A stretch of 64,000 nt of DNA from an uncultured Candidatus Saccharibacteria bacterium (GTDB lineage: Bacteria; Patescibacteriota; Minisyncoccia; Phycocordibacterales; PALSA-1337): NCBI GenBank assembly GCA_964558375.1, contig CAZLCD010000001.1, positions 17,091 to 81,090 on the forward strand, read 5' to 3'. How positions within the stretch are numbered: the stretch's first letter is position 1; the number at the start of each line of letters is the position of its first letter. A program made the translations under genes and the position numbers. Below the pieces are notes generated by a model. That model ran no database searches and had not been told where the DNA came from. It was given only the letters and a program-made list of their open reading frames with translations. Below are positions 55,381 through 64,000 of the stretch, piece by piece.

Positions 55381-57921
55381 ATGAGTCGTAAGAAAAAGTT
55401 CCTCAGACATATCAAGTGGCATATAGTAAAACCGCTTCTCATTTTGAGCTTATCTCTAGTACTTATATTGTCTAGTATAGGTATTATATGGTTTTCAACC
55501 TTAAAGATTCCAGATCTAAGTGCTTTCGAGGCACGCAAGGTTACTCAATCGACAAAAATCTTTGACCGAACTGGAGAGATACTGCTTTATGATGTACACA
55601 ATGATGCTAAGCGCACCATAATTGCCTTTGAATACATTTCAAAATACATAAAAGACGCGACAATCGCTATAGAGGATTTGGAATTTTATACACATAAAGG
55701 AATCAAGCCTACAGCCATTCTTCGTGCAGTTTTGTCGAACCTTGCTCCGGGTGGTCTAACTCAAGGAGGTTCAACCATCACTCAGCAAGTTATAAAAAAC
55801 TCTGTTTTAACAAAAGATAGAACAATCACAAGAAAATTGAAGGAGTGGATCTTGGCTTTGAAACTCGAGAAGGCTCTTACCAAGGATCAGATACTAGATA
55901 CCTATCTCAATGAAAATCCTTATGGAGGAAGTATCTACGGAGTAGAAGAAGCTAGCAAAACTTTCTTTGGAAAAAGCGCTCATGATGTGACATTGGCTGA
56001 AGCTGCCTACATTGCGGCTATCCCCCAAGCTCCGACGTTTTATTCTCCATATGGCCCAAACAAAGCTCGCCTAGACCTAAGGAAAAATCTAGTCTTGCAA
56101 CAAATGAAGGCCAATGGCTTTATAACCGACGAAGAATATCAAGCTGCATCCAAGGATGAAGTTAATTTCTTAGAAAAAAACACAACGGGTATACGTGCTC
56201 CCCACTTTTCCCTATATGTCAAAGAATATTTGGTAAATAAATACGGCGAAGAAGTAGTCGAAGAAGGTGGTTTAAAAGTTACAACAACTTTAAATTATGA
56301 TTTTCAAGAAAGAGCCGAAAAGGTTATTTCCAATTTTGCACCAAACCTTGCATCACAGTTCAATGCAAGCAACACCGCCATGATAGCCATAGATCCAAAA
56401 ACTGGAGATATTTTGACCATGGTTGGATCTCGAAATTATTTTGACAAAGAAATACAAGGAAATTTTAATATTACAACTGCTTTTAGACAACCAGGATCGA
56501 CCTTCAAACCCTTCGTCTACGCTACAGCTTTCATGAAGGGTTATACTCCGGAAACAGTCTTGTTCGATACAAAAACAGAATTTTCTTCAGAATGTACACC
56601 CGAAGGTAAACCAAAAAATCCAAAAGACGATATAAAAGTCTGTTATTCTCCAGACAATTATGACGACATTTTCGAGGGACCACAGACCATACGTACAGCC
56701 CTTGCTCATTCTAGAAACATACCCGCAGTAAAAGCTCTGTACCTTGCCGGCATTTATGACTCCATACAAACAGCCGAAGCCATGGGAATAACCAGCCTAA
56801 AAGATCCGGATCGTTACGGACTAACCTTGGTGCTTGGAGGTGGAGAAGTATCTCTCATAGAACTTACAAGTGCTTATGGAGTCTTTGCAAATGATGGTAT
56901 AAGAAATCCATATCGATCGATACTAAAAGTCGAAGACAAAGATGGCAATATTCTAGAAAAAGCAGAGTTCAACCAAACCCAAGCCATACCAGTACAAGTT
57001 GCTCGTCAAATATCCGACATACTATCTGACCCCTCCGTTCGGTTGAGTGGTGTCACTTCAGCGGTTGGCCATCTCAACAGACAGATTGCCACTAAGACCG
57101 GAACAACCAACGACTTCCGCGATGTATGGATCGAAGGCTATACACCGAACATCGTGGTCGGTGCCTGGGCCGGCAAAAATGACAATACCCCGATGGAAAG
57201 AAAGGTGGCCGGCACTATCATCACCCCTGTCTGGGGAGCCTTTATGTCAGAGATAAATGATATTTTAGAAAAAGAAAATTTCAAGAAGCCAGAGCCTTCA
57301 TCTCCCGATGTAAAGCCAGTCCTTCGTGGTATCTGGAAAGGAGGAGTATCTTATAAAATAGACTCTATTTCACAGAAGCTAGCCACAAACTTTACACCTT
57401 TAGAATTACAAAAAGAAGTAGTTTTCAATAATGTACACACTATTCTTCATTGGCTAGACAAGAAAAATCCAAACGGAGAACCATTGAAAGATCCGAAGGA
57501 AGATTCCCAATATGAAAACTGGGAATATGGTGTTCGAAAGTGGCTTGATGGTTACAAGCTCACCAACCCAAGTTTTGCAGAAACAAATGAGATCAAAATC
57601 CCGACAGAAACTGACGATGTCCACACCGCAGAAAATATCCCAAAAATTAGCATAGTCTCCCCAAAGTCTGGAGACAAGGTACCTTACGGAACAAGAACCT
57701 TTATCAAGATCAGCCCTGTGGGCAAGTACCCTATCAAAAAATCCGAGCTATACATAAACGACAAGTATGTATTATCAAGTGAAATAAACCCAACATCCAT
57801 AAGTTTTATACCAGAAGACATAAACAATATACAAGACAAAAACATCATAAAGGTTGTTGTCTACGATGCAGTCTTAAACAAAGCCGAGGCGACTGTAGAT
57901 ATAGAAATTACCAGGGAGTAA
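55381..57921 (+). CDS. class A penicillin-binding protein (PBP1A family)
   Basis: Transglycosylase motifs (EDLEFYTH, GGSTITQQ, RKLKE) and transpeptidase motifs (STFK, SRN, KTGT). Confidence 0.96.
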   Translation: MSRKKKFLRHIKWHIVKPLLILSLSLVLILSSIGIIWFSTLKIPDLSAFEARKVTQSTKIFDRTGEILLYDVHNDAKRTIIAFEYISKYIKDATIAIEDLEFYTHKGIKPTAILRAVLSNLAPGGLTQGGSTITQQVIKNSVLTKDRTITRKLKEWILALKLEKALTKDQILDTYLNENPYGGSIYGVEEASKTFFGKSAHDVTLAEAAYIAAIPQAPTFYSPYGPNKARLDLRKNLVLQQMKANGFITDEEYQAASKDEVNFLEKNTTGIRAPHFSLYVKEYLVNKYGEEVVEEGGLKVTTTLNYDFQERAEKVISNFAPNLASQFNASNTAMIAIDPKTGDILTMVGSRNYFDKEIQGNFNITTAFRQPGSTFKPFVYATAFMKGYTPETVLFDTKTEFSSECTPEGKPKNPKDDIKVCYSPDNYDDIFEGPQTIRTALAHSRNIPAVKALYLAGIYDSIQTAEAMGITSLKDPDRYGLTLVLGGGEVSLIELTSAYGVFANDGIRNPYRSILKVEDKDGNILEKAEFNQTQAIPVQVARQISDILSDPSVRLSGVTSAVGHLNRQIATKTGTTNDFRDVWIEGYTPNIVVGAWAGKNDNTPMERKVAGTIITPVWGAFMSEINDILEKENFKKPEPSSPDVKPVLRGIWKGGVSYKIDSISQKLATNFTPLELQKEVVFNNVHTILHWLDKKNPNGEPLKDPKEDSQYENWEYGVRKWLDGYKLTNPSFAETNEIKIPTETDDVHTAENIPKISIVSPKSGDKVPYGTRTFIKISPVGKYPIKKSELYINDKYVLSSEINPTSISFIPEDINNIQDKNIIKVVVYDAVLNKAEATVDIEITRE

Positions 57922-57930
57922 TGCCCCTCT

Positions 57931-58188
57931 TTACTTAATATCCTTTATAAAAAACTCTTTGGGGTTCGCGCCGAGCGCTTTCAATATACTATTCTTTTTA
58001 ATAAAAATCTGACTTTTTATAGCTGAGCTGGTTTTTATTTTCAAAATCCCCTCCGCAACAGATATATGTTCCATGGGTATCTCCTCCCCTATTTCTTTCT
58101 TTAGGATTTTAGCGATAGCCATGCGTTTACCGATTTCCTTTACAGCCGAAGATTTAAATTTATCAAAAAAAGATCCGATCTCTTTCAT
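57931..58188 (-). CDS. small protein downstream of dnaN, possibly DciA/DUF721-like
   Basis: GILKIKTSSAIKSQIFIKKNSILKAL resembles the DciA KH-like core; dnaA-dnaN context. Confidence 0.55.
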   Translation of the reverse strand: MKEIGSFFDKFKSSAVKEIGKRMAIAKILKKEIGEEIPMEHISVAEGILKIKTSSAIKSQIFIKKNSILKALGANPKEFFIKDIK

Positions 58189-58190
58189 AT

Positions 58191-59300
58191 TTATCTATTC
58201 ATAGGCATCACCAAGTATCTAAAGGATGTATCGGAAACAGGAAGAATAATCATGGGTTTGTTCAGTCCACTAAAATTCAAGGTGACACTGTCAGAATCAA
58301 TGGACTGAAAGCAATCGATAATGTATTTGTAATTGAAGTTTATTTCTAGCGCTTCCCCTGTTATCACCGCATCCAAACTTGTGCTGTTTTCACCAATATC
58401 ATTGTTTTTGGTTTTGATTTCACAAACCTTGGATGATGGATTTATTTTAAAGTTGATTTGATTAAATTTATCAGAAAATATATTTGAAAGTTTGAGAGCA
58501 TTGACCAAGTCTTGTTTCAAAGCTACCACTTCAGTTGTAGTTACCTTTGGGATAATCTGTTTATAGTCAGGGAAAACACCATCGATCACCCTAGAGATGA
58601 GGTAAATATCCTTATAACTAAAGGATATTTGGTTTTTATCGAGCACAATCTCTATTTCATCATTTATACCCTCCAATATTCTTATAATGTCCGGAATATT
58701 TTTGTAGGGTATCAATATTTGACCGAAATCCTTAGTCTTTTTTATTTTTACCTTTTTCTCTGCTAGTCGAAATGAGTCTGTCGCCACGAAAACTACAAAT
58801 TCTCCGTCGCAATAAATATAAACACTGGATAATTCAGGTTTAATACTAGAAACTGAAGCACTATACCAGACAGATTTCAATCCCTTAGCAAAATCACTAC
58901 CATTTAGGCTAAAAGAGTTTTCATTTGAAGCTACCCTTGGAATACTTGGGAAGTCGTCTGCGCTTATGGTCTTGATTAACCCAGAACTGCGCGGAGAGAG
59001 GATTTTTAAGTTACTTTGATCAGTGAGTAGTGTAATATTATTTTCATCATCTGTTATACCATTTAAAAAGGAATTGATTATCTGCGCAGGGACAGCTAAA
59101 ATCCCACCCTCTTCTATCTTTGCAGGAACAACTATCTCAATACCTAGATCTAGGTTTGTGGATTTTATAACTAAACTGTTTTTGGAAGAAGCGTCTATCA
59201 ATAAACAAGAAAGAACCGGTAGGGTCATGTGCTTGCCCGCCACCTTCTCGGCATAACCGATCGCTAATTTGAATTTACCCTGTGAACATTCTATTCTCAT
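58191..59300 (-). CDS. dnaN: DNA polymerase III beta clamp
   Basis: STNLDLGI, VATDSFRLA, GVFPDY and YLVMPM motifs. Start placed at MRIECS. Confidence 0.97.
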   Translation of the reverse strand: MRIECSQGKFKLAIGYAEKVAGKHMTLPVLSCLLIDASSKNSLVIKSTNLDLGIEIVVPAKIEEGGILAVPAQIINSFLNGITDDENNITLLTDQSNLKILSPRSSGLIKTISADDFPSIPRVASNENSFSLNGSDFAKGLKSVWYSASVSSIKPELSSVYIYCDGEFVVFVATDSFRLAEKKVKIKKTKDFGQILIPYKNIPDIIRILEGINDEIEIVLDKNQISFSYKDIYLISRVIDGVFPDYKQIIPKVTTTEVVALKQDLVNALKLSNIFSDKFNQINFKINPSSKVCEIKTKNNDIGENSTSLDAVITGEALEINFNYKYIIDCFQSIDSDSVTLNFSGLNKPMIILPVSDTSFRYLVMPMNR

Positions 59301-59540
59301 GTTTGTGTATATATTATATATAAATCTTATTACTATTATTAGTCCTGTGGATATGGTGATAAGTGGTATAAACCCATACATAGAGCCATATTACAGCTCT
59401 CGTCCATGTGGATATTTTTATAATAAGTTCTTGAGGTTTTTTCATATTTTTATTTTTCTAATTTTATTCTCAAGTTGTTCATATATCAATCACCATCAAT
59501 CAACAGTTTTTCCACAAGCTTACCAACAAGCTTATCCACT
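59301..59540. other. oriC (dnaA-dnaN part) with DnaA boxes and unwinding element
   Basis: DnaA-box-like 9-mers at 59346, 59407, 59508 and 59532; trio-like CTAATAATAGTAATA and an AT-rich tract toward dnaN. Confidence 0.8.
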
Positions 59541-60885
59541 ACATCATTGCGCGGATCTGGGAAATCTCATTAACCAAAACAGAGTTTGTTTTGAGTTCAC
59601 CCTTTATCTTTTCACAAGAATGTATAACGGTAGTATGATCTCTTCCACCAAGCTTGTCCCCTATTGAAGGGAAAGAAACATTGAAGTCTTCTCTAAGAAT
59701 ATACATTATCACTTGGCGAGGCTTCACCACCTCCTTTTTTCTTGTTTTATCCAAGATACTGTCTTCACTTACATTATAGAAGTCTGTTATTAATTTTATT
59801 ACTTCCTTTATAGATATGTTTTTCTTTGGCTTGGTATTGTTTTTAACGAGATTTTTGATCTCTATTAAGCTCAAAGGGCGGTTTTTGAGTTGAGTCTGGC
59901 AGACAATGGCATTGATAGTCCCCTCTATTTCTCGGATATTGGTCTCTATATTTGCAGCTAAAAAGTCCAAGACTTCGTTACTAAGCTCGACATTATTCAT
60001 AAGACCCTTAGCCTTGAGAATGGCGATTCTGGATTCATTGTCAGGCTCAGGAATGTCGATAATCATCCCCGCTCCGAAGCGAGACTTCAATCTGCTTTCA
60101 AGACCGGGGATGAAGTTTGGATGCTTGTCTGAAGAAAAGACTAATTGGCGGTTGCTCTGGTAGAATGTTTCAAATAGATGAAACAACTCCTCTTGAAATT
60201 TTTCTTTACTAGCAAAAAACTGGATATCATCCATGATAATAACATCATATTTTCTATACTTATCTTTGAATTTTTGTATGCTATTTGTCTGTAAAGAAGA
60301 AAAGTATTCGGAACCAAATCTCTCCGAGGTCAAATAAAAAACCTTTTTCTGAGGAAAATCCTTTTTTATATGATTGCCTATGGACTGTATAAGGTGAGTT
60401 TTTCCAACACCAGTGTTTCCGTATATAAATAGAGGGTTGTATGTGGCTCCGGGATTTTTGATCACCGCCTTTGAAGCAGCATGGGCAAGTTCATTGAAGG
60501 GACCGACAATAAAGGAGTCAAAAACGTATCGAGGATTGAGATTATCCTCCTTGTTTATATAGAAATTTTCCAAAGGCATGGAAATGGTGGGGCTAAACTG
60601 AGATGGCTTGTTCTCGACAGGCTTTTTCTTGTCGCTACTTTTAACAATAGAGTATTCGAGTGCTCTTATCTGATCATCGAGCTGCCTTAAGCTCTTAAGT
60701 ATAGCGTTGTGATATTTTTTGTATAGCCATTGTTGAATAAAAGGGTTAGGAACACCAAGATATATCACCCCCTCCTCTTTTTTGACTATGTAGGTGTCTT
60801 TGAACCAAGTAGAAAAATTGTTTTGTGAAATGGCAATTTCCAAATCTATAAGCGCTCTATTCCATAAATCACTATAATCTTTCAT
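59539..60885 (-). CDS. dnaA: chromosomal replication initiator DnaA
   Basis: YNPLFIYGNTGVGKTHL, DDIQF, RLKSRF and GGRDHTTVIH motifs. Confidence 0.98.
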   Translation of the reverse strand: MKDYSDLWNRALIDLEIAISQNNFSTWFKDTYIVKKEEGVIYLGVPNPFIQQWLYKKYHNAILKSLRQLDDQIRALEYSIVKSSDKKKPVENKPSQFSPTISMPLENFYINKEDNLNPRYVFDSFIVGPFNELAHAASKAVIKNPGATYNPLFIYGNTGVGKTHLIQSIGNHIKKDFPQKKVFYLTSERFGSEYFSSLQTNSIQKFKDKYRKYDVIIMDDIQFFASKEKFQEELFHLFETFYQSNRQLVFSSDKHPNFIPGLESRLKSRFGAGMIIDIPEPDNESRIAILKAKGLMNNVELSNEVLDFLAANIETNIREIEGTINAIVCQTQLKNRPLSLIEIKNLVKNNTKPKKNISIKEVIKLITDFYNVSEDSILDKTRKKEVVKPRQVIMYILREDFNVSFPSIGDKLGGRDHTTVIHSCEKIKGELKTNSVLVNEISQIRAMM

Positions 60886-61006
60886 GAATAAATTTTTTTA
60901 GATAAAATAATAAAGTAATTATATACTTGTTTATAAATTAGCAAACTTGTGGAAGTCGTATAACTATGTTGATAAACTGTGGATTATAATATATACTACT
61001 TTCACT
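60886..61006. promoter_or_regulatory. dnaA/rpmH divergent region with DnaA-box-like sites
   Basis: TGTGGAAGT, TGTTGATAA and TGTGGATTA at about 60948-60986; AT-rich. Confidence 0.65.
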
Positions 61007-61141
61007 ATGTCATTTACATACCAACCAAAGAAAAGAAAGAGAGCAAAGACACATGGATTTTTGGTGCGTTCAAAGTCGCCTACAGGACGAAATGTCCTTA
61101 GACGTCGACGTACAAAAGGCCGTAAAAAGATAGCTGTATAA
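61007..61141 (+). CDS. rpmH: 50S ribosomal protein L34
   Basis: [21 protein letters not shown]...RRRTKGRK. Confidence 0.97.
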   Translation: MSFTYQPKKRKRAKTHGFLVRSKSPTGRNVLRRRRTKGRKKIAV

Positions 61142-61142
61142 T

Positions 61143-61478
61143 ATGCTACCTCGATCAGAGAGGATTTCTACAAAACTATTCAAAGAAGTAATACAGAAAG
61201 GCGCTATACACCATAGCGATTTTCTTATTCTGAGAAGTCAAAAAACCCTTAATTTGAGCCGTTTTGGCATATCGGTGCCCAAGAAAGTCGCCAAGACAGC
61301 TGTCTTGAGGAATAAAATCAAGAGAAGGCTCTATTTAATTATAAAAAGCTTGAAACCAAGGATATCCATACCGACAAACACTATAATTATAGTAAAAAGT
61401 GGCTTGGAAAAGGCCAACCTGAAGCAAACCCATGAAGAAGTAGTCAAAATCTTTGTTAAAAGTGGGATTTTGAAGTAG
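61143..61478 (+). CDS. rnpA: ribonuclease P protein component
   Basis: RFGISVPKKV.KTAVLRNKIKRR; position after rpmH. Confidence 0.95.
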   Translation: MLPRSERISTKLFKEVIQKGAIHHSDFLILRSQKTLNLSRFGISVPKKVAKTAVLRNKIKRRLYLIIKSLKPRISIPTNTIIIVKSGLEKANLKQTHEEVVKIFVKSGILK

Positions 61479-61488
61479 AATACACATT

Positions 61489-62214
61489 ATGTTTTCATAT
61501 CTATATCACACCCTCATCTTTAATCCACTTTACAATGGACTTATATTTTTGTTCGACACCGTACCATTCATAGATGCTGGCTTTGCGGTGATTATTTTCA
61601 CCATCATCGTGCGCCTAATACTCTTCCCTCTTTCCAAGAAAGCCATAGTCACTCAAGTTCGCATGAAAGAGATAGAGCCAGAGCTAAATAAGCTAAAGAA
61701 AGCAGTTCCAGACAAGCAACAGCAAGCCTTGAAGGTTATGGAACTCTATAAAACAAAAGGGGTCAATCCTTTTTCAAGCTTCTTCCTACTATTCCTTCAA
61801 CTTCCTATCATCTGGGCACTATACTCCATTTTCTTAAATTCAGGTCTACCTAAAGTTCAAGAAAGTCTACTCTATAGCTTCGTATCTATACCAGAGATCA
61901 ATATGAGTTTCTTAAGTTTTGCCAACATCGCAGACAAAAGCATCTTTTTTGCTCTCTTGGCTGCAGTTGCTCAATATTTACAGCTACACTTCTCACTTGC
62001 TTCAAGCGGACCTGTTGCAAAGTCGGACAATCCATCCATGGATATGGCTCAGAACATGATGAAAAATATGAAATACGTTTTCCCTGTTATGGTTTTCCTC
62101 ATCTCCTACAAAATATCAGCCGTAGTCGCTATATATTGGACAGTTAGTAGTTTATTCACTTTAGCTCAAGAGATTGTAGTAAAGAAACATTTGCTGGCTC
62201 ACAAACCGCTATAG
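61489..62214 (+). CDS. yidC: YidC/Oxa1 membrane insertase
   Basis: FTIIVRLILFPL, LYKTKGVNP, LQLPI and IYWTVS motifs. Confidence 0.95.
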   Translation: MFSYLYHTLIFNPLYNGLIFLFDTVPFIDAGFAVIIFTIIVRLILFPLSKKAIVTQVRMKEIEPELNKLKKAVPDKQQQALKVMELYKTKGVNPFSSFFLLFLQLPIIWALYSIFLNSGLPKVQESLLYSFVSIPEINMSFLSFANIADKSIFFALLAAVAQYLQLHFSLASSGPVAKSDNPSMDMAQNMMKNMKYVFPVMVFLISYKISAVVAIYWTVSSLFTLAQEIVVKKHLLAHKPL

Positions 62215-62239
62215 GCTAAAAGTTAGACTGACCTTTCTT

Positions 62240-63496
62240 CTATTGGTTGAGGTCTAGTGACCACAATGTCAGATCCCCTTTGTTTATGAAATAGAGGAAG
62301 TCTTCTCTAGGATCCAAGACTAAGTTGGTTGCATCGATAATTTTGTCTGAAAGTGTAAGAAGGTTTGCAAGTATATGAACTTCACCTGTGACAGTGTCTA
62401 GATGCCATATCTGATCCACAAAAGACTTTGATCCCTTATACCATTCATCTGGATACACCCCACTCTCTATCTCAGAGGGTACAGCACAATACACTTCATT
62501 TTTTCGGAGTGTGCTCCACACACATTTGTCAGCTAAGGTTTTGAAGATAACTTCAGTTGTTGTTCCATTTTCAATATTTAGAAGTCTGGTTGCTATACTA
62601 TCCCCATTTGTACCAGAGTATATTGCTTTCTTACCATCGCGACTTATCTTGGCTGAAAGTCCCTTTACCCCACCGAAAATCTTCTTTGTTTTGCCAGTTT
62701 TGGTATCAATACTATACATATATCCAGAAGATATAGCAGAACCCTTAGTTGTAATACTTATTGTAGAAGTCTCTGGCCAATCAATGTTCACTTGTGTAAG
62801 AGGAATATCAGAAATTTTCGTCTTATTTTTTTCATCAAAGGTAGAGATATATCCTATTCCCTTTCCACCCTCTATATTCCAACTAAAGATTTTATTCTCA
62901 ATTGGTGAGACGACGATCTGATCTATTTCTTGGGATAGATATCTGCCACGTATTTCATATGGAGAAAGGGTCGAGGTCGATGACGCTGTCATTTGCGTTT
63001 TTCGTATTTCTGAATAGAAGTTCGTCACTATATCTGAATTTTCTTTTAAATATCTCAAGATCACTACATCCAAGTTTTTATTCCAATAGCTTTCATATAC
63101 TTTCGGTAATGTTGTATTTGAAATTTTATTTATCTCTTCTCTATCTCCGAAAGCCTCACTTACATGCCCTGTTCCTCTATCTACAAACCTCACCACAGAT
63201 GAGCTTGCTGTACTACTAGCTGACATACCTGCTGTAGGTGTAGTGCTTAGTTGACGCAGCTTCGGTAATTGTCTTGTGACGATATCTGGGGTCGAAGTCG
63301 CTGTACTTGTGGCTGTTGGTTCTACATTATTTACTGGTGGCTTTACATTGTTGCGGAAGAATGGAAAGAAGCCTTTAGGAGTCTCAGTACCGTCTGGGGC
63401 GAGGTATACATCAGGGTTCTGAGTGTAATACCAATAATACACTCCACCAGCGAGGAGTAATATTATAACTATAGCTACAATGATTTTCTTGAGCAT
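62240..63496 (-). CDS. membrane-anchored beta-propeller-like hypothetical protein
   Basis: N-terminal TM, Thr/Ser-rich linker, repeated beta blades, TLADKCVWS..YCAVP. Confidence 0.7.
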   Translation of the reverse strand: MLKKIIVAIVIILLLAGGVYYWYYTQNPDVYLAPDGTETPKGFFPFFRNNVKPPVNNVEPTATSTATSTPDIVTRQLPKLRQLSTTPTAGMSASSTASSSVVRFVDRGTGHVSEAFGDREEINKISNTTLPKVYESYWNKNLDVVILRYLKENSDIVTNFYSEIRKTQMTASSTSTLSPYEIRGRYLSQEIDQIVVSPIENKIFSWNIEGGKGIGYISTFDEKNKTKISDIPLTQVNIDWPETSTISITTKGSAISSGYMYSIDTKTGKTKKIFGGVKGLSAKISRDGKKAIYSGTNGDSIATRLLNIENGTTTEVIFKTLADKCVWSTLRKNEVYCAVPSEIESGVYPDEWYKGSKSFVDQIWHLDTVTGEVHILANLLTLSDKIIDATNLVLDPREDFLYFINKGDLTLWSLDLNQ

Positions 63497-63497
63497 T

Positions 63498-64000
63498 TTA
63501 TTTTTTCTTTAATGTTTTTTCTATAAGGTCTATTCTGGCTTGCATCATTTTGGTGTATTGATCTAAAGTAATTCCTATGGCAACCACGGGCGCAGGATTG
63601 GCAAGGGCGGCTTTATATTCTGTGAGTTTGTTATTTATAAGTTTTACCTCAAATTCAGGCGGGTTAGTAATTCCTTGAAATTTACTTACAGAATTTCTTA
63701 TTACCTCCTCTTCTTTTATTTGATCCAAATAAAATATTTCTTGCTTTCTCAAATTTAAACCAGCTACTCTATCAGTCGCATTAATAATCTCTATTTTCTG
63801 ATCATAAACTTCTTTAATTGTATTTTCGATAATGGTGATTTGTGCTCTATCTAGTGCACCGGTACTGGTATGAATAAGATCATAAGCTCTAGCAAAGTTT
63901 ACTTGACCAACAGCTTCTGCCTTCAATTTATTTTCTGTGACAACCCCCTTCTTTACATCAAGTTTTAATTTCTCTAATTCAACCAACTCCTCCTCAGTCA
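63498..64000 (-). CDS. hypothetical protein, C-terminal part (start probably outside window)
   Basis: Frame stays open to the window edge; helical/coiled-coil composition. Confidence 0.6.
   Translation of the reverse strand, partial: TEEELVELEKLKLDVKKGVVTENKLKAEAVGQVNFARAYDLIHTSTGALDRAQITIIENTIKEVYDQKIEIINATDRVAGLNLRKQEIFYLDQIKEEEVIRNSVSKFQGITNPPEFEVKLINNKLTEYKAALANPAPVVAIGITLDQYTKMMQARIDLIEKTLKKK

Noticed and set aside
65-63460. Many 60-220 aa ORFs antisense to or overlapping recognised genes (e.g. 65-610, 1486-2160, 21823-22284, 59269-59667)
   Set aside because: They are shadow frames of well-supported genes and have no motifs of their own.
1-64000. Alternative genetic code (TGA=Gly), prophage, rRNA
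   Set aside because: Conserved genes end at TGA (M16 peptidase, dut, aminotransferase) and are uninterrupted in code 11. No phage structural genes or rRNA sequence were seen.

Overview
This is a bacterial chromosome segment that looks like Patescibacteria/CPR, most likely Parcubacteria. That assignment is inferred from the small AT-rich genes, near-leaderless extended -10 promoters, GlyQS, rplK without rplA and a pilM-N-O cluster. TGA is used as a stop codon (code 11). The window spans the replication origin (dnaN-oriC-dnaA / rpmH-rnpA-yidC, about 58-62 kb), and most genes to its left run on the minus strand. Core content: aminoacyl-tRNA synthetases (metG partial, glyQS, ileS with an inserted histidine-phosphatase domain, argS, tyrS), recO, ruvB, ruvC, ruvX, polA, holA, secE-nusG-rplK, rplS, folD, DsbA/VKOR, pilM/N/O, PilB/GspE, PBP1A and six tRNAs. 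The main finding is the pyrimidine/folate cluster at 10.9-21.2 kb (glyA, tmk, tandem MazG, dut, dCMP deaminase, thyA-like, dcd-like, folA). Its ThyA has Asp at the position that selects uracil versus cytosine, and its Dcd lacks the catalytic Glu. Together these suggest a uracil-free route: dCTP to dCMP to 5-methyl-dCMP to dTMP. Other findings are a 6S-RNA-like rod, several promoter- and terminator-bounded structured ncRNA candidates (one convergent with a RelE-like nuclease), tRNA-anchored gene cassettes separated by att-like repeats, and a secreted-protein island. All calls come from reading motifs by eye; no searches or folding programs were run.
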